Positions 27,683-38,124 of a stretch of 64,000 nt of DNA are shown piece by piece. Each line of letters starts with the position of its first letter. The stretch's first letter is position 1. The DNA comes from Candidatus Eiseniibacteriota bacterium (lineage in GTDB: Bacteria; Eisenbacteria; RBG-16-71-46; CAVPCR01). A model generated the notes under the pieces. That model had not been told where the DNA came from. It did no database searches and worked only from the letters and a program-made list of their open reading frames with translations. The DNA lies in NCBI GenBank assembly GCA_963823555.1, contig CAWGMA010000003.1:672001-736000 (forward strand), read 5' to 3'. The position numbers and the translations under genes were made by a program.

Positions 27683-30220
27683 ATGGCCGATTCACGAGCC
27701 TCCACGGACTCCCGCTCGCTCGCCGATCCGTCCCAGGAATCTACCAAGGCAGCCGGCAGAGCGATCGGGCGTTACCATGTCGCCGAGTCGCTCGGCACCG
27801 GAGGCATGGGGGAGGTGTTTCGCGCCTACGACCCCGTGCTCGACAGGGATGTCGCGCTCAAGCACTGCAAGCTGGCGGATAGTGAAACGACGGAGAGCCT
27901 CCTGCGCGAGGCGCGGCTCGCATCCCAGCTACAGCATGCCTCGGTCGTCTCGATCTACGATGTCTTCGAGTACCAGGGTGAGCCCGTCATTGTGCAGGAG
28001 TTCATCCGTGGTCACCCCCTGAGCGAGCGCATTCGTTCCGGCCAACCCTTCTCTCTCGCTGCATTCTTCACCGTCGCCGAGGAATGTGCATCGGCGCTGG
28101 CCGCAGCGGAGGCTCGGGACATCGTGCACTGCGATCTCAAGCCGGACAACATCCTCCTCGACACCGATGGTCACGGGCACATTCTCGATTTCGGCATTGC
28201 CCGGACCCTCCGGTGCGCAGAACCACGGGACGAGATGGAGGAGTCGCTTCGTTTCGCCGGCACTCCCGCCTACATGGCCCCGGAGCGGATCCGGGGTGAC
28301 GACCCGACGCCGGCGGCGGACATCTTCTCGCTCGGTGTCGTCTTCTACGAGATGCTGACGGGCGATCACCCCTTTCGCCAGAAGACCTTGAGGGCGACCA
28401 TCGATAGTGTCCTCGACTCGACACCGATTGCACCGAAGAACCGGCGGCGATCCATTCCGCGCGGCCTCGATCGGGTCGTGATGAAGATGCTCGCCAAGGA
28501 GCCCGCCCTGCGGTATCAGAGCGCAGCCGATCTGGTGCGGGACATCCAGGGTGTTCGCGACAAGTATGTGCGACGGCGACGCGAACGGCTCGAGGGCGCG
28601 GCGGTCCTGGGGGCGCTGGCTACCGCGGTGATCATCTACCTCATTACCCGGCCGCCCTCTGTTGAAGGGCTGAACCTGCTCGTACAGGATTTCGCGACCC
28701 AGTCCCCGGATTCCACTGCCGAGTTCTTTGCCGCCGGGCTGAGCGAGGCCATCGCCATCCACCTCCTCGACATCGAGGGTCTCAACATCCTCGATCCCCG
28801 CACCGAGATCAGGCCGGACCTCAAGCTGGAGGGCCGGGTGCTCCAGGAGGGCGAACTCATACGTATCCACTATCGCGTTCAGGACTCGGCTCGCGGCAAT
28901 ACGATCGCCGGCGATGTCATCGAAGGTCCCCTGGACGCGCTCTTCGCTCTCGAGGACCGCGTCACTCTCAGCATTGGCCGTGCCCTTAGCAGGAAGTACG
29001 GGTTGCATCAGGAAGCCGTGGAATTCTCGCAACCGACCCCTGATATCGATGCCTACAGCGAGTACTTGAGGGGGCGCGGTTACATGCTCCGTTTCGAGGA
29101 CGAGGGAAAGGTCGATCGCGCCATCCAGCACTTCGAGAAGGCGCTGGCGATCGATCCGCACTTTGCGCTGGCCATGGCTGGCCTGGGAGACGCGTTCTGG
29201 AAGCGCTACGAGGCAAGTCACGACACGGCCTGGACGCGGCGTGCGGAATCCATCTCCTTGACTGCCGCCGCTGAGGATTCGAGTCTGGCGGAGGTCCATG
29301 TCACCCTTGGCACCATCTATCAGGGCACAGGGCGTGATGAGATGGCGGCAGCCGAATTCCAGCGCGCCATTGCGGCCGACCCCAAGAACGAGGCGGCCTA
29401 TCGGGGGCTGGCGCGCTATCAGGAATCGCGGGGTGATCTGGCTGCCGCTGAAGAGACCTATCGCAAGGCCATCGATGCGCGGCCCTACTACTGGGCAGCT
29501 CACAACGATCTCGGTGTCTTCTACTTCCGCCAGGGCCGATTTGCCGACGCGCGTGGTGCTTTTGAGCGGGTTGTGGAGCTCACCGAAGACAACGCGCGGG
29601 GATATGCCAATCTCGGTGGCATGAACGCTCTGCTCGGTCAGGATTCACTGGCAGTCGCGGCCTATGAGAAGTCGATTGAGATCAAACCTAATTTCGCCGC
29701 CTATACGAATCTCGCCACGTTCTACCGGAGCCGGACGCGCTTTGCCGAGGCCGCCGCAACCTATGGGAAGGCGCTGGCCATCAACCCAAATCACTATGAG
29801 ATCTGGGGTGATCTGGGTGCCGTCTGTAGCCAGATCCCGGGGCGGGAGGCGGAGAGCGACAGCGCACTGGCGCGAGCCATTGAACTCGGCCGGGTCCAGA
29901 TCGGGGTCAATCCTGAGGATCCCTTCCTGCTCGTGCGGATAGCGCAGTACGAAGTGGCGCTGGGGCACGAGGACGAGGGTATGCAGCTGGCGGCGAAAGC
30001 CCTCGCCCTGGCACCCGATCAGCCCGAGGTGCTGTGGTATGCGGCGGGCGTCTTCGAGGGGGCCGGCGATCGGGATCGTGCCCTGTCAACGTTGCGTGAT
30101 GCACTCGAGGCGGGGTATCCCGCCGATGCAATGCGCCAGGAGACCTCTCTCGCGGAACTGCTCGCGGATCCGCGTTTCGAGAAGATCGTCAGGGAGGTTG
30201 AAGTCATCCAGGAGAGATGA
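27683..30220 (+). CDS. Membrane Ser/Thr kinase with TolB-N-like and TPR domains
   Basis: GTGGMGEVF, HCDLKPDN, DFGIA, GTPAYMAPE; TM helix AAVLGALATAVIIYLI; multiple TPRs; GGAGG RBS. Confidence 0.92.
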   Translation: MADSRASTDSRSLADPSQESTKAAGRAIGRYHVAESLGTGGMGEVFRAYDPVLDRDVALKHCKLADSETTESLLREARLASQLQHASVVSIYDVFEYQGEPVIVQEFIRGHPLSERIRSGQPFSLAAFFTVAEECASALAAAEARDIVHCDLKPDNILLDTDGHGHILDFGIARTLRCAEPRDEMEESLRFAGTPAYMAPERIRGDDPTPAADIFSLGVVFYEMLTGDHPFRQKTLRATIDSVLDSTPIAPKNRRRSIPRGLDRVVMKMLAKEPALRYQSAADLVRDIQGVRDKYVRRRRERLEGAAVLGALATAVIIYLITRPPSVEGLNLLVQDFATQSPDSTAEFFAAGLSEAIAIHLLDIEGLNILDPRTEIRPDLKLEGRVLQEGELIRIHYRVQDSARGNTIAGDVIEGPLDALFALEDRVTLSIGRALSRKYGLHQEAVEFSQPTPDIDAYSEYLRGRGYMLRFEDEGKVDRAIQHFEKALAIDPHFALAMAGLGDAFWKRYEASHDTAWTRRAESISLTAAAEDSSLAEVHVTLGTIYQGTGRDEMAAAEFQRAIAADPKNEAAYRGLARYQESRGDLAAAEETYRKAIDARPYYWAAHNDLGVFYFRQGRFADARGAFERVVELTEDNARGYANLGGMNALLGQDSLAVAAYEKSIEIKPNFAAYTNLATFYRSRTRFAEAAATYGKALAINPNHYEIWGDLGAVCSQIPGREAESDSALARAIELGRVQIGVNPEDPFLLVRIAQYEVALGHEDEGMQLAAKALALAPDQPEVLWYAAGVFEGAGDRDRALSTLRDALEAGYPADAMRQETSLAELLADPRFEKIVREVEVIQER

Positions 30221-30312
30221 AGCACCATGGTGCTCTGTGACCTTCTTCAGGCCAGAGCACCGAGCTCAGCAGCAGGACAGAGATGATCTCTACAATTCGA
30301 GAGGAGGGCGGC

Positions 30313-30597
30313 ATGGTGACCAAGCTCTACGAGATCGTCGTCACCGGGACGCATGTGACGATCACTCCGGATGTGCACGATCTTGGGATCGATGACCAGG
30401 TGCAGTGGTCGATCGACGACGGAACCGGTACCGTGACGTTCGTATCGCGAGGGGTTGTCGACTTTCTCAATGACATTGTGACGCCGGAAAGCCGGGCTGC
30501 GGGGATTGCGATGATCCCCGGGGAGCACAAGTTTGCCGTGAACGTCTGGCTCAGAGGACAGATCAAGACAGTCTACGGGACCTTGATCATCACCTGA
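30313..30597 (+). CDS. Small all-beta hypothetical protein
   Basis: GAGGAGG RBS; 94 aa; follows the kinase gene and precedes a strong hairpin. Confidence 0.65.
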   Translation: MVTKLYEIVVTGTHVTITPDVHDLGIDDQVQWSIDDGTGTVTFVSRGVVDFLNDIVTPESRAAGIAMIPGEHKFAVNVWLRGQIKTVYGTLIIT

Positions 30598-30639
30598 GTG
30601 CGCTCAACGGCGGCGCACCGGATCCAGACCCATGCGACG

Positions 30640-30670
30640 GAGCCCCTGCCAGCGTGACTGGCAGGGGCTC
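30640..30670. terminator. Hairpin between convergent genes
   Basis: GAGCCCCTGCCAG-cgtga-CTGGCAGGGGCTC 13-bp stem. Confidence 0.7.
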
Positions 30671-30718
30671 ATGACCTTTCGGCTGCTCGGGAACCACAGC
30701 GAAATCGCCAGGGCTTGC

Positions 30719-31441
30719 TTACTGGAAGATGGCCTTCAAGGCTCCCCAGGTGCCGCTCTCGACCGGGGTGGAGCAGTCGCTGTCGGCCGTGTCGTAGGCG
30801 TTATCCCCATCGTTGTCGAGGCCCTCGGGATCCCCAGCAAAGTCCTCGCTCGTGTTCGCGTTGCAGGCATCATCGGGCATGGCCGGGTGACCGGTGCCCG
30901 GATTGGCGTAGAAGCTCGGCAGGACATTCTCGCCCACGGGCGTGTAGCTTGCTGGGTTGGCATCGAGATGGCATTCGGCGCAGATCGTTGCTCCCGTATT
31001 GTAGTGATGCTGTCTGAGGCCGGCACCGTATCCGGTGCGTCCGGCGCCGACTTCTGGATTGCCGGCGACGTTGTCCTCCGCCCGGCCATGGCAGCCGACG
31101 CAGCCGATCGCGTCCAGGCCGCTGCCGCCGTCCGACGAATTCAAGATCACCGGGAACGTGTCTCCACCGCCATGACAGGTGTTGCAGTCGCTGTTCAGCA
31201 TGGTGGTCCGGTGCAGGTTGTGGAGATTCCCCCAGTTCATGCCGTCGGTGGCAGAGATGTATGAAGTCGCTCGGAAGTTGCCATGGCAGGCGCCGCAGTT
31301 GGTCGCGTCCCCGCCGTTCTGCGAGTACTGCCTGTAGGCAAGCCCTGGCTGACTCCAAAGGCAGAGAGTGGCGAGGGTGATAAGGCCAGTCGTGATGACC
31401 ACGAGGGATCGGGTTCCCGGGATCGAGTACCTCTTGTCCAT
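30719..31441 (-). CDS. Secreted tetraheme cytochrome c with C-terminal TWGxLK motif
   Basis: Signal peptide; CGACH, CNTCH, CVGCH, CAECH; Asp-rich GLDNDGDNAYDTADSDC; ends STPVESGTWGALKAIFQ. Confidence 0.85.
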   Translation of the reverse strand: MDKRYSIPGTRSLVVITTGLITLATLCLWSQPGLAYRQYSQNGGDATNCGACHGNFRATSYISATDGMNWGNLHNLHRTTMLNSDCNTCHGGGDTFPVILNSSDGGSGLDAIGCVGCHGRAEDNVAGNPEVGAGRTGYGAGLRQHHYNTGATICAECHLDANPASYTPVGENVLPSFYANPGTGHPAMPDDACNANTSEDFAGDPEGLDNDGDNAYDTADSDCSTPVESGTWGALKAIFQ

Positions 31442-31829
31442 TCCGCTTCCTCCGTCGAGCAAAAGGGGCCAAGGAGCCGTGACTCAGAGCAGCAACATGG
31501 CACCGGTCTTCACGATGTCGCCCGCGCTGCAATGGGACCCATACGCCACGATCGCGTCTCCCGCTCAGATTATCAGGCAACTCCATCCTGGACAATGGCT
31601 TTGTCGATTTGGCAAGGGTACTTCCCGCCGCGCCGAGACCGCACCGGGGCCATCCGACGGGTGAAGTGAACTCCCAGGACTCGATGGGGTACCAAAAGTC
31701 ATTGAAATCGGTGCTAGAGTCGCTATCGTCCTCTGGGGTGGCCAACCGCGCAGCCAGCTTTTTGGGGAACCCCCGGATGCTTCTCCTGCAGCTCCGATCG
31801 CGGCAGTGTCCTCCAGGAAGCGAGGCCCG

Positions 31830-33428
31830 GTGAATATCCTCCTCTACAGCCCGGACAATGGGGTCACACGCAATTACATGCCCCACCTCTGGATGTTTTT
31901 GCTCCAGTCCCTTACCCCCCCTGAACACCCCGTTCATCTCGTTGACGCCAATGCCACACCGCTTTCCGAGGATGGATTTGCAGCCTATATCCGCGTGCAT
32001 GACATTAGATTGGTGGGTATCGGCTTCATGACCCGGATGGCCGCCAAGGCGTTCCGCATGGCGGCCGCGGCCCGTGAGGCCGGTGCCATGGTGGTCATGG
32101 GCGGTCCGCACGTGACCGAGATGCCGGGCGAGGCCCTTGGCCGGGACGGGGGGCCGCGGTATGCGGACTCGATCGCGCTCGGCGAGGCCGATCACACCTG
32201 GCCCCAGCTGGTTGCCGACGCGGCGCGCGGTGAGCTCAAGGAGGTCTATGCCCCGCTTGATGTCTGGGGGAAGGAGCAGAAGCCTTCTCTCGCGGACTAT
32301 CCGCGGATTCCCTGGGACCAGATCGATCTCGCCCAGTTCAATCTGATCCGGCTCATGCCAGATTCGATACGCGGCGTGCTCCATAAGTTCGGCATGGAAT
32401 GGGAGTGCTTCCACATCGTGCCGATCGAATCGGGGCGTGGCTGCCCCTACGGCTGCGAGTTCTGTACGGTGACAGGCTTCTTTGGTGATGAGATCCGCTT
32501 CCGCAGCAACGAGAGCGTGGTCAAGGAGCTGCTTCTTCTCAAGAGACTCGAGCGTGAGCGCAAGGGGAAGATCGCTGTCTTCTTCATCGACGATAACTTT
32601 GCGATCAACGTGAAGCGGACCAAGTCGCTCTTGCGAGATATCATTGCCGCCGGGGCCCAGGTGCCCTGGGTGGCGCAGATCAGTATCAACCTCCTGCGCG
32701 ACAGTGAGCTCCTCGACCTGATCCAGGAATCGGGTGGGAAGTGGATCTTCTGCGGCCTCGAATCGATTGATGCCGATCACTTGAACAGCGTTGCCAAGAG
32801 TTTCAACAAACCGGCGGAGTACAGGCAAATACTCGAGCGCATGGCCGAGCGCCGCATCTATGCCATTACCTCATTCATCTTCGGCATGGACAACGAAGCG
32901 GATGACGCCGCCGAGCGAGTCTTGCGTGCTGTCCGCGACTGGCCGCCCGGTCTGCCTGTCTTCGGACTTCTCACTCCTTACCCAGGGACGCCGCTCTATT
33001 CCAAGCTGGCCGCATCGGGACGCCTGGACCGCCCTCGGCACTGGATGGATTTCAGGCCCTTCCACATGGCCTTCACGCCCCTCGGCGCGACCTCAGCTCA
33101 ATCCCAATCTCAGGTCGCTCGCGCCTGGGCCGCTTCCTATGACGCCAGGGCGAACAGCCGAGCGGACACCTGGCTCCGGCGCATGCCGCTGTCAGATCGT
33201 ATCATCCACCTCTTCTCGCGGCTGGCCTTCCGCGGCATCTACTTCCCGCAGATGAGATGGAGCGAGTGGGCCCGCGTCGTCTTCGCCAATTGGCGGACGA
33301 TCTCGGGATTGCTGATCGAGGTTCTTGCCCTGCGCGGTCGCCGGAGCATGGCCCGCTGGCTTCCCTTCCGATCTCGCGATCGCCGGCCGAGCGCAGTTCC
33401 CGTCAAGCTCGCAGCTCCGATCGACTGA
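31830..33428 (+). CDS. B12-binding domain radical SAM protein
   Basis: N-terminal cobalamin-binding domain (VMGGPHVT, GEAD); RGCPYGCEFC; FFIDDNF; TPYPGTPLY. Confidence 0.9.
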   Translation: MNILLYSPDNGVTRNYMPHLWMFLLQSLTPPEHPVHLVDANATPLSEDGFAAYIRVHDIRLVGIGFMTRMAAKAFRMAAAAREAGAMVVMGGPHVTEMPGEALGRDGGPRYADSIALGEADHTWPQLVADAARGELKEVYAPLDVWGKEQKPSLADYPRIPWDQIDLAQFNLIRLMPDSIRGVLHKFGMEWECFHIVPIESGRGCPYGCEFCTVTGFFGDEIRFRSNESVVKELLLLKRLERERKGKIAVFFIDDNFAINVKRTKSLLRDIIAAGAQVPWVAQISINLLRDSELLDLIQESGGKWIFCGLESIDADHLNSVAKSFNKPAEYRQILERMAERRIYAITSFIFGMDNEADDAAERVLRAVRDWPPGLPVFGLLTPYPGTPLYSKLAASGRLDRPRHWMDFRPFHMAFTPLGATSAQSQSQVARAWAASYDARANSRADTWLRRMPLSDRIIHLFSRLAFRGIYFPQMRWSEWARVVFANWRTISGLLIEVLALRGRRSMARWLPFRSRDRRPSAVPVKLAAPID

Positions 33429-33521
33429 CCGTCTTCCGCGGCGGGGCTGCATCGATGACGCGATGGTGATTACCATGCGCCATGTGGTGTGGACACCTCG
33501 AACGTCCAGGGAGCGCCGTCG

Positions 33522-34538
33522 ATGAAGATGAGGTCCATATTCCCGGCCTGGGGCCGAATCCTCCAGGGGTACAAGCCCTTCCTATCAGTGGAGATCACCA
33601 AGGAGTGCCCGCTGCGTTGCCCTGGGTGTTACGCCTACGAGCGCGAGCACCTGAACAACGGGCACACGATCCGCGACCTGCGGGATCTCAAGGGGTCCGA
33701 GCTCGTGGCGGGAGTGGTGGCGCTCGTGCGCCGCGAGCGCCCCCTGCACGTGTCGATCATCGGCGGCGAGCCGCTGGTCCGCTACCGTGAGCTGGGGGAG
33801 TTGATCCCGAGGCTGGGGGCGATGGGGATCGAGGTGCAACTCGTCACAAGCGCTGTCCGGCCCATCCCCCGCGAGTGGGCCGGGTTCTCCAACCTGCACC
33901 TCGTCGTGTCGATCGATGGACTCCGGGAGGAGCACGACGCCAGGCGTGCTCCGGCGACCTATGACCGGATTCTGGAGCACATCTCTGGCCACAAGATCAC
34001 CGTACATTGCACGATCACGAAACAGATGTTGTCACGCAATGACTGTCTGTCGGAGTTCTCCCGCTACTGGTCCGAGCGGCCCGAGGTGCACAAGATCTGG
34101 TTCAGCCTCTACACGCCGCAGGAGGGCGATGGCAGCGGCGAACGACTGACGCCGGCGGACCGGCAGGAGGTGATCACGACCCTCGCGCGTCTCCGGGGTC
34201 GAGTCCCCAAGGTCTACATGCCGGAGGTCGTTCTGAACGGGTACCGCCGTCCACCAGATTCCCCGTCGGAGTGCACATTCTCCCAGGTGACGACCTGCGT
34301 CACGGCTGACTTGGTGACTGCGGTGACGCCCTGCCAGATCGGCGGCAGGCCCGTCTGCTCGGAATGCGGTTGCCTGGCCGCGGCCGGCATGGTGGCGGTC
34401 CGTAATCACAAGCTGGGTGGTCTCGTGCCTGTGGGAGATATCTTTCTGCTCTCGCAGAAGATCGGGAGTCGAGTGCGAACGGACGAGAGTGGATCACGGC
34501 CGTCGAAACCTCGGCTTGATCCACTGCCGGAGACTTAG
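33522..34538 (+). CDS. Radical SAM protein with Cys-rich C-terminal (twitch/SPASM-like) extension
   Basis: ECPLRCPGCY, IIGGEPL, VVSIDG; C-terminal ECTF..C..PCQIGGRPVCSECGC. Confidence 0.88.
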   Translation: MKMRSIFPAWGRILQGYKPFLSVEITKECPLRCPGCYAYEREHLNNGHTIRDLRDLKGSELVAGVVALVRRERPLHVSIIGGEPLVRYRELGELIPRLGAMGIEVQLVTSAVRPIPREWAGFSNLHLVVSIDGLREEHDARRAPATYDRILEHISGHKITVHCTITKQMLSRNDCLSEFSRYWSERPEVHKIWFSLYTPQEGDGSGERLTPADRQEVITTLARLRGRVPKVYMPEVVLNGYRRPPDSPSECTFSQVTTCVTADLVTAVTPCQIGGRPVCSECGCLAAAGMVAVRNHKLGGLVPVGDIFLLSQKIGSRVRTDESGSRPSKPRLDPLPET

Positions 34539-35146
34539 CATCTTCGCATCGCTGCCTGGTTGCACTCGACGGCAGTCCGCCCTCCGCCTCGAGACCGCGG
34601 CGGCGCTGCCATCGGGGACGGCCCGGGCGAGGACGAGGCGGGGTCCGGGCCGGGGGGTTACGGCGGCCGCGCCGTGCTCGCCGCGCCCGTGGCCCAACCC
34701 GGCCACCGGGATACTCGACCGTCTCCTGGATCCTGCCCCAGGCTGGGCCGAGGCCCTCTCCCTCGGCGACGCGGGGGGGCCAGGGTGAGCGTGCTCCGGA
34801 GCGGATGGTGGCGCCGGCGCCGGTTACGCGCGCTGGGACGGCCGATCCCGCCGCGGGGGCCCCAGGAATGGCCCGCCGAAGAACGAGCTTGACCCGACCG
34901 GCGGAATGGCCGATAGTCTCCGTGGGATCCGGGTTCCGCCGACCGTCGGCGGCAGTACTAGACACGAAACCAAGTCTCGCCGTGAAGGATCTGTTCCCGC
35001 GGCGTTTTTTTATTGGGGTCGAGTCTGAGGTCTGAACCGGGCCTCCCCGGCGCCTCGCCGGACCATGTCCTGCTTCTCCGCTGGAGACGCCGGCACTGGC
35101 AGCGGAATCGGCGTTGGAAACAGTGAAGAATCAGGAGTGCATTGGT

Positions 35147-35440
35147 ATGAGTACGCGCCTTTACGTGGGAAACCTTCCATATAACATCGACGAGACCGAA
35201 TTGCGCAGCATCTTCGAGGCTGACGGTCGCACGGTCACTGATGTTTCGATCATCACGGATCGCGACACCGGCCGGCCTCGCGGTTTTGCCTTCGTCGAGA
35301 TGGCGAATCAGAACGACGCTGAAAGCGCGATCAGCGCGCTGAACGGCCAGGACATTGGTGGTCGTTCACTCACGGTCAATGAGGCCCGCGAGCGGACCGG
35401 AGCTGGCTCCGGTGGCGGTTCTCGTCGCCGCGACTATTAA
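35147..35440 (+). CDS. RRM (RNP-1) RNA-binding protein
   Basis: RNP2 LYVGNL, RNP1 RGFAFVEM, LTVNEARER, Gly/Arg tail. Confidence 0.95.
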   Translation: MSTRLYVGNLPYNIDETELRSIFEADGRTVTDVSIITDRDTGRPRGFAFVEMANQNDAESAISALNGQDIGGRSLTVNEARERTGAGSGGGSRRRDY

Positions 35441-35472
35441 GAAGCGATCTCTCGCGTCATTGCCTGAGACCA

Positions 35473-35504
35473 GAAGCCCCGTCGGGTCATCCCGGCGGGG
35501 CTTC
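35473..35504. terminator. Hairpin between convergent genes
   Basis: GAAGCCCCGTCGGG-tcat-CCCGGCGGGGCTTC. Confidence 0.7.
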
Positions 35505-35547
35505 ACGCTTCGGATCCCGGCGGCAACCGGCCGTGGTCGCGCTCCAC

Positions 35548-37872
35548 CTACTCGATGTCGATACGTTGCTCCGCGGAGACCCAGAGGACATCGCGGAGCG
35601 CCGGGTGCCGCAAGAAGATCTCCGCCTGCTTTTCCCGCAAGCGCTCGTCGGTGAAGCCGAGAATGACGAGATCGGCCTCCGCCGATCGATGTTCCACGAG
35701 CTTCTTGAACTCCATTCGCTCGTCCGTGGCGATGACGCGCAGGTTCTTCGTCGTGATCGGAAGACGTCCCGAAGAGATCATCTCGATCAGCTTGGCCCGT
35801 TGTTCCTCCACCTCGTCATGAGGGAAGGCGGCGAAGATGCGGATCTCAGCCTTCTCCCAGTCGGGATGACCGAGCAGGATGTAGGAGAGGAGGATCATGA
35901 GATTCGCGTTGTCATAGTCGTGCCAGGTGAGCCAGATGTGCACCTTGGATCGGCTGCCGAAGTAGTGGTCGCTGTGACGCAGCACCAGCGAGTTCATGCG
36001 GCCGCGGGAAGTCAGAAGGCATCCCTCGTAGACCTCGGCGAGGACCTCCGGGCCGTCATGAGTCGAGAACTCGAAGAGCACGGTGTTGTTCTCCATGCCG
36101 GTGACACCGGGGACCTGGATGCATTGAGCCAGTGCGGAGCGCATGGATGGTGAGACGATGGTGTCGACGTAGACCGAACTCTTGCGCGCCTGCGCGAGCT
36201 GGATGAGGCGGCCAAGCACCTTGCGGCTCAGACGATAGGAATCATCGTCCAGCACCCCTTCGATGTAATGGAGATAGGTGCCGAAGCCATACCGCCGGCA
36301 GATCCAGGTCAGGAACTGCAGCGGGGAGGTGCGCTCGAAGGTTCGCCCGTTGATCATGATGACGCTCGGCCGCCAGTCCTCGTGGGTGGCCGGGCTTGCC
36401 GCCTGCTGCAGCTTGATCTGCGAATAGCGGGTGGCCTGGGTCATTACCCCCTGCAGGATCGCTCCCAGATCGCCCTTGCCGCCGCGGCTGATGCGGATGC
36501 CCTGGTAGATGGCGGCCATGATCACGACCGCCAGGCTGGCGAAGACGAAGTCCATCTGGAACATGAGCACCAAACAGACGATCGCGCCGGTCAAGCTCAG
36601 ATACCACTTGGACCGGAAGCTCGGGCGATAGCTCGGACTGGCGGCGAAGTGCTCGAAGAAGCTGATGGCGCAGAGCGTGCCGTACGTCACCATGAAGAAC
36701 ATCGAGATGATCCGGGCCACGAAATCGATGCTGCCGCCGGCAACCGTGGCGAGTGCGATGGCTGCCGTGACGAGGGTGGCGTTGCGTGGCTCGTTGTTGT
36801 CACCGAGGCCCTGCGCGAGGAACTGGTTCAGGGGACGGCGCGGCACGATCCGATCGGCGGCCAGCGCCTGGAGGGTGCGCGGGGCGACCAGGATCGAACC
36901 GATGGCCGAGGAGATGGTGGCGCAGGCGAGCCCGATCGGGATGATCGGTCCCCACAGCGCGATCCGCGACATGACGAGCTGATCCGTCGCCAGGAGCTCC
37001 GGTGAGGCCGATGCGGTCAGCTTGACCACGGTCAAGACGTAGACCACCAGTCCGGTCAGGGTGGCGGCCAGGATCCCGAGGGGGATCGAGCGGCGCGGGT
37101 TGGCCAGATCGCCCGATAACCCGACCCCGGCCGTCATCCCGGTGAATGCGGGGAAAACGATGGCGAAGACCAGCATGAAGGGGTCGTGATTCGCAACCTT
37201 GTTGAAGAGCGCGAGCTCGTGACGTGCCGTGCTGTCGGCCGGAGATCCGAGGAAGAAGAAGAGGAGTGAGCACGCCAGGACCCCGACCACCACCCAAAGG
37301 GCCTTGACCCCGAGATTGGCGCCCCGGGTGATGACGAGCAAGCCCAGCAGCACCGTGGCGGGCAGCGAGACCACGCGGGGGTCGAAGGCGAGCCCGGTGA
37401 GCGTCTCCCACCGCGGAGCCAGGGGGGCAAAGGCCTCGGCGAAGGCGATCATGTAGAACGCCACCGAGACCGCCTGCGACAGGTAGAGGGAGATCCCTAT
37501 GGTGCCGCCGATGGTCTTGCCGAACGAGCGCGAGATGATGAAGTACTCGCCGCCACCCTCGACCCGGCGGTTGGTGGCGATCTCGGCGATGGCGAGCGCG
37601 GTGGGGATGGTGACCAGATGTCCGAGGAGGATGATGAGGAGGGCGCCGAGGAGGCCGGCGTTCCCCACCGCGTAGCCGAAGCGGAGAAAGAGGATCGCCC
37701 CGAGGATGGTGCTGATGCTGGCGAGGTAGACGGGGGCTGTCCCGAAGCCATGGCCGATCCCGAGCGTCTCCACGGCCACGCCGCCGGACTCGTGACGGGC
37801 GGCTGCGCCAGGGGCTGACGCGCCGGGGCCGATCGCTGGAGATCCTGATCCCGAAGACGGCGTATGATTCAT
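35548..37872 (-). CDS. Cation-chloride cotransporter (SLC12/CCC)-like APC permease
   Basis: [56 protein letters not shown], long cytoplasmic C-terminal domain. Confidence 0.88.
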   Translation of the reverse strand: MNHTPSSGSGSPAIGPGASAPGAAARHESGGVAVETLGIGHGFGTAPVYLASISTILGAILFLRFGYAVGNAGLLGALLIILLGHLVTIPTALAIAEIATNRRVEGGGEYFIISRSFGKTIGGTIGISLYLSQAVSVAFYMIAFAEAFAPLAPRWETLTGLAFDPRVVSLPATVLLGLLVITRGANLGVKALWVVVGVLACSLLFFFLGSPADSTARHELALFNKVANHDPFMLVFAIVFPAFTGMTAGVGLSGDLANPRRSIPLGILAATLTGLVVYVLTVVKLTASASPELLATDQLVMSRIALWGPIIPIGLACATISSAIGSILVAPRTLQALAADRIVPRRPLNQFLAQGLGDNNEPRNATLVTAAIALATVAGGSIDFVARIISMFFMVTYGTLCAISFFEHFAASPSYRPSFRSKWYLSLTGAIVCLVLMFQMDFVFASLAVVIMAAIYQGIRISRGGKGDLGAILQGVMTQATRYSQIKLQQAASPATHEDWRPSVIMINGRTFERTSPLQFLTWICRRYGFGTYLHYIEGVLDDDSYRLSRKVLGRLIQLAQARKSSVYVDTIVSPSMRSALAQCIQVPGVTGMENNTVLFEFSTHDGPEVLAEVYEGCLLTSRGRMNSLVLRHSDHYFGSRSKVHIWLTWHDYDNANLMILLSYILLGHPDWEKAEIRIFAAFPHDEVEEQRAKLIEMISSGRLPITTKNLRVIATDERMEFKKLVEHRSAEADLVILGFTDERLREKQAEIFLRHPALRDVLWVSAEQRIDIE

Positions 37873-38124
37873 GGAAGGGGCATCATAGGACGGCCGAGGG
37901 GGGCCGTAAAGGACGGCTCCGGGGCCTTCCTTCCGCAACCGACCGCTCCCTGGCGGTGTCCTAATGACGATGTGAGGAGCCTCGGCCTCGGGCCCGCGCG
38001 GGGCCCGCCTCGGCTCTTCGCGGGCGCTCGAAGCGCCCCAAGTGCCGCCAACGGGTCCGGGCCCCGCCCTGCGCGCTGGTCCGGCCCCGAGGCAACATCG
38101 CCCCCCGAGAGGCGGCTGTTACCG

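Noticed and set aside
27929..29503. 524-aa minus-strand ORF
   Set aside because: Antisense shadow of the kinase-TPR gene
30870..32828. 652-aa minus-strand ORF
   Set aside because: Overlaps the cytochrome gene out of frame and is antisense to the radical SAM gene; no coherent domain
34540..34880. Short ORFs in a very GC-rich intergenic stretch
   Set aside because: Low-complexity translations with no RBS or motif support
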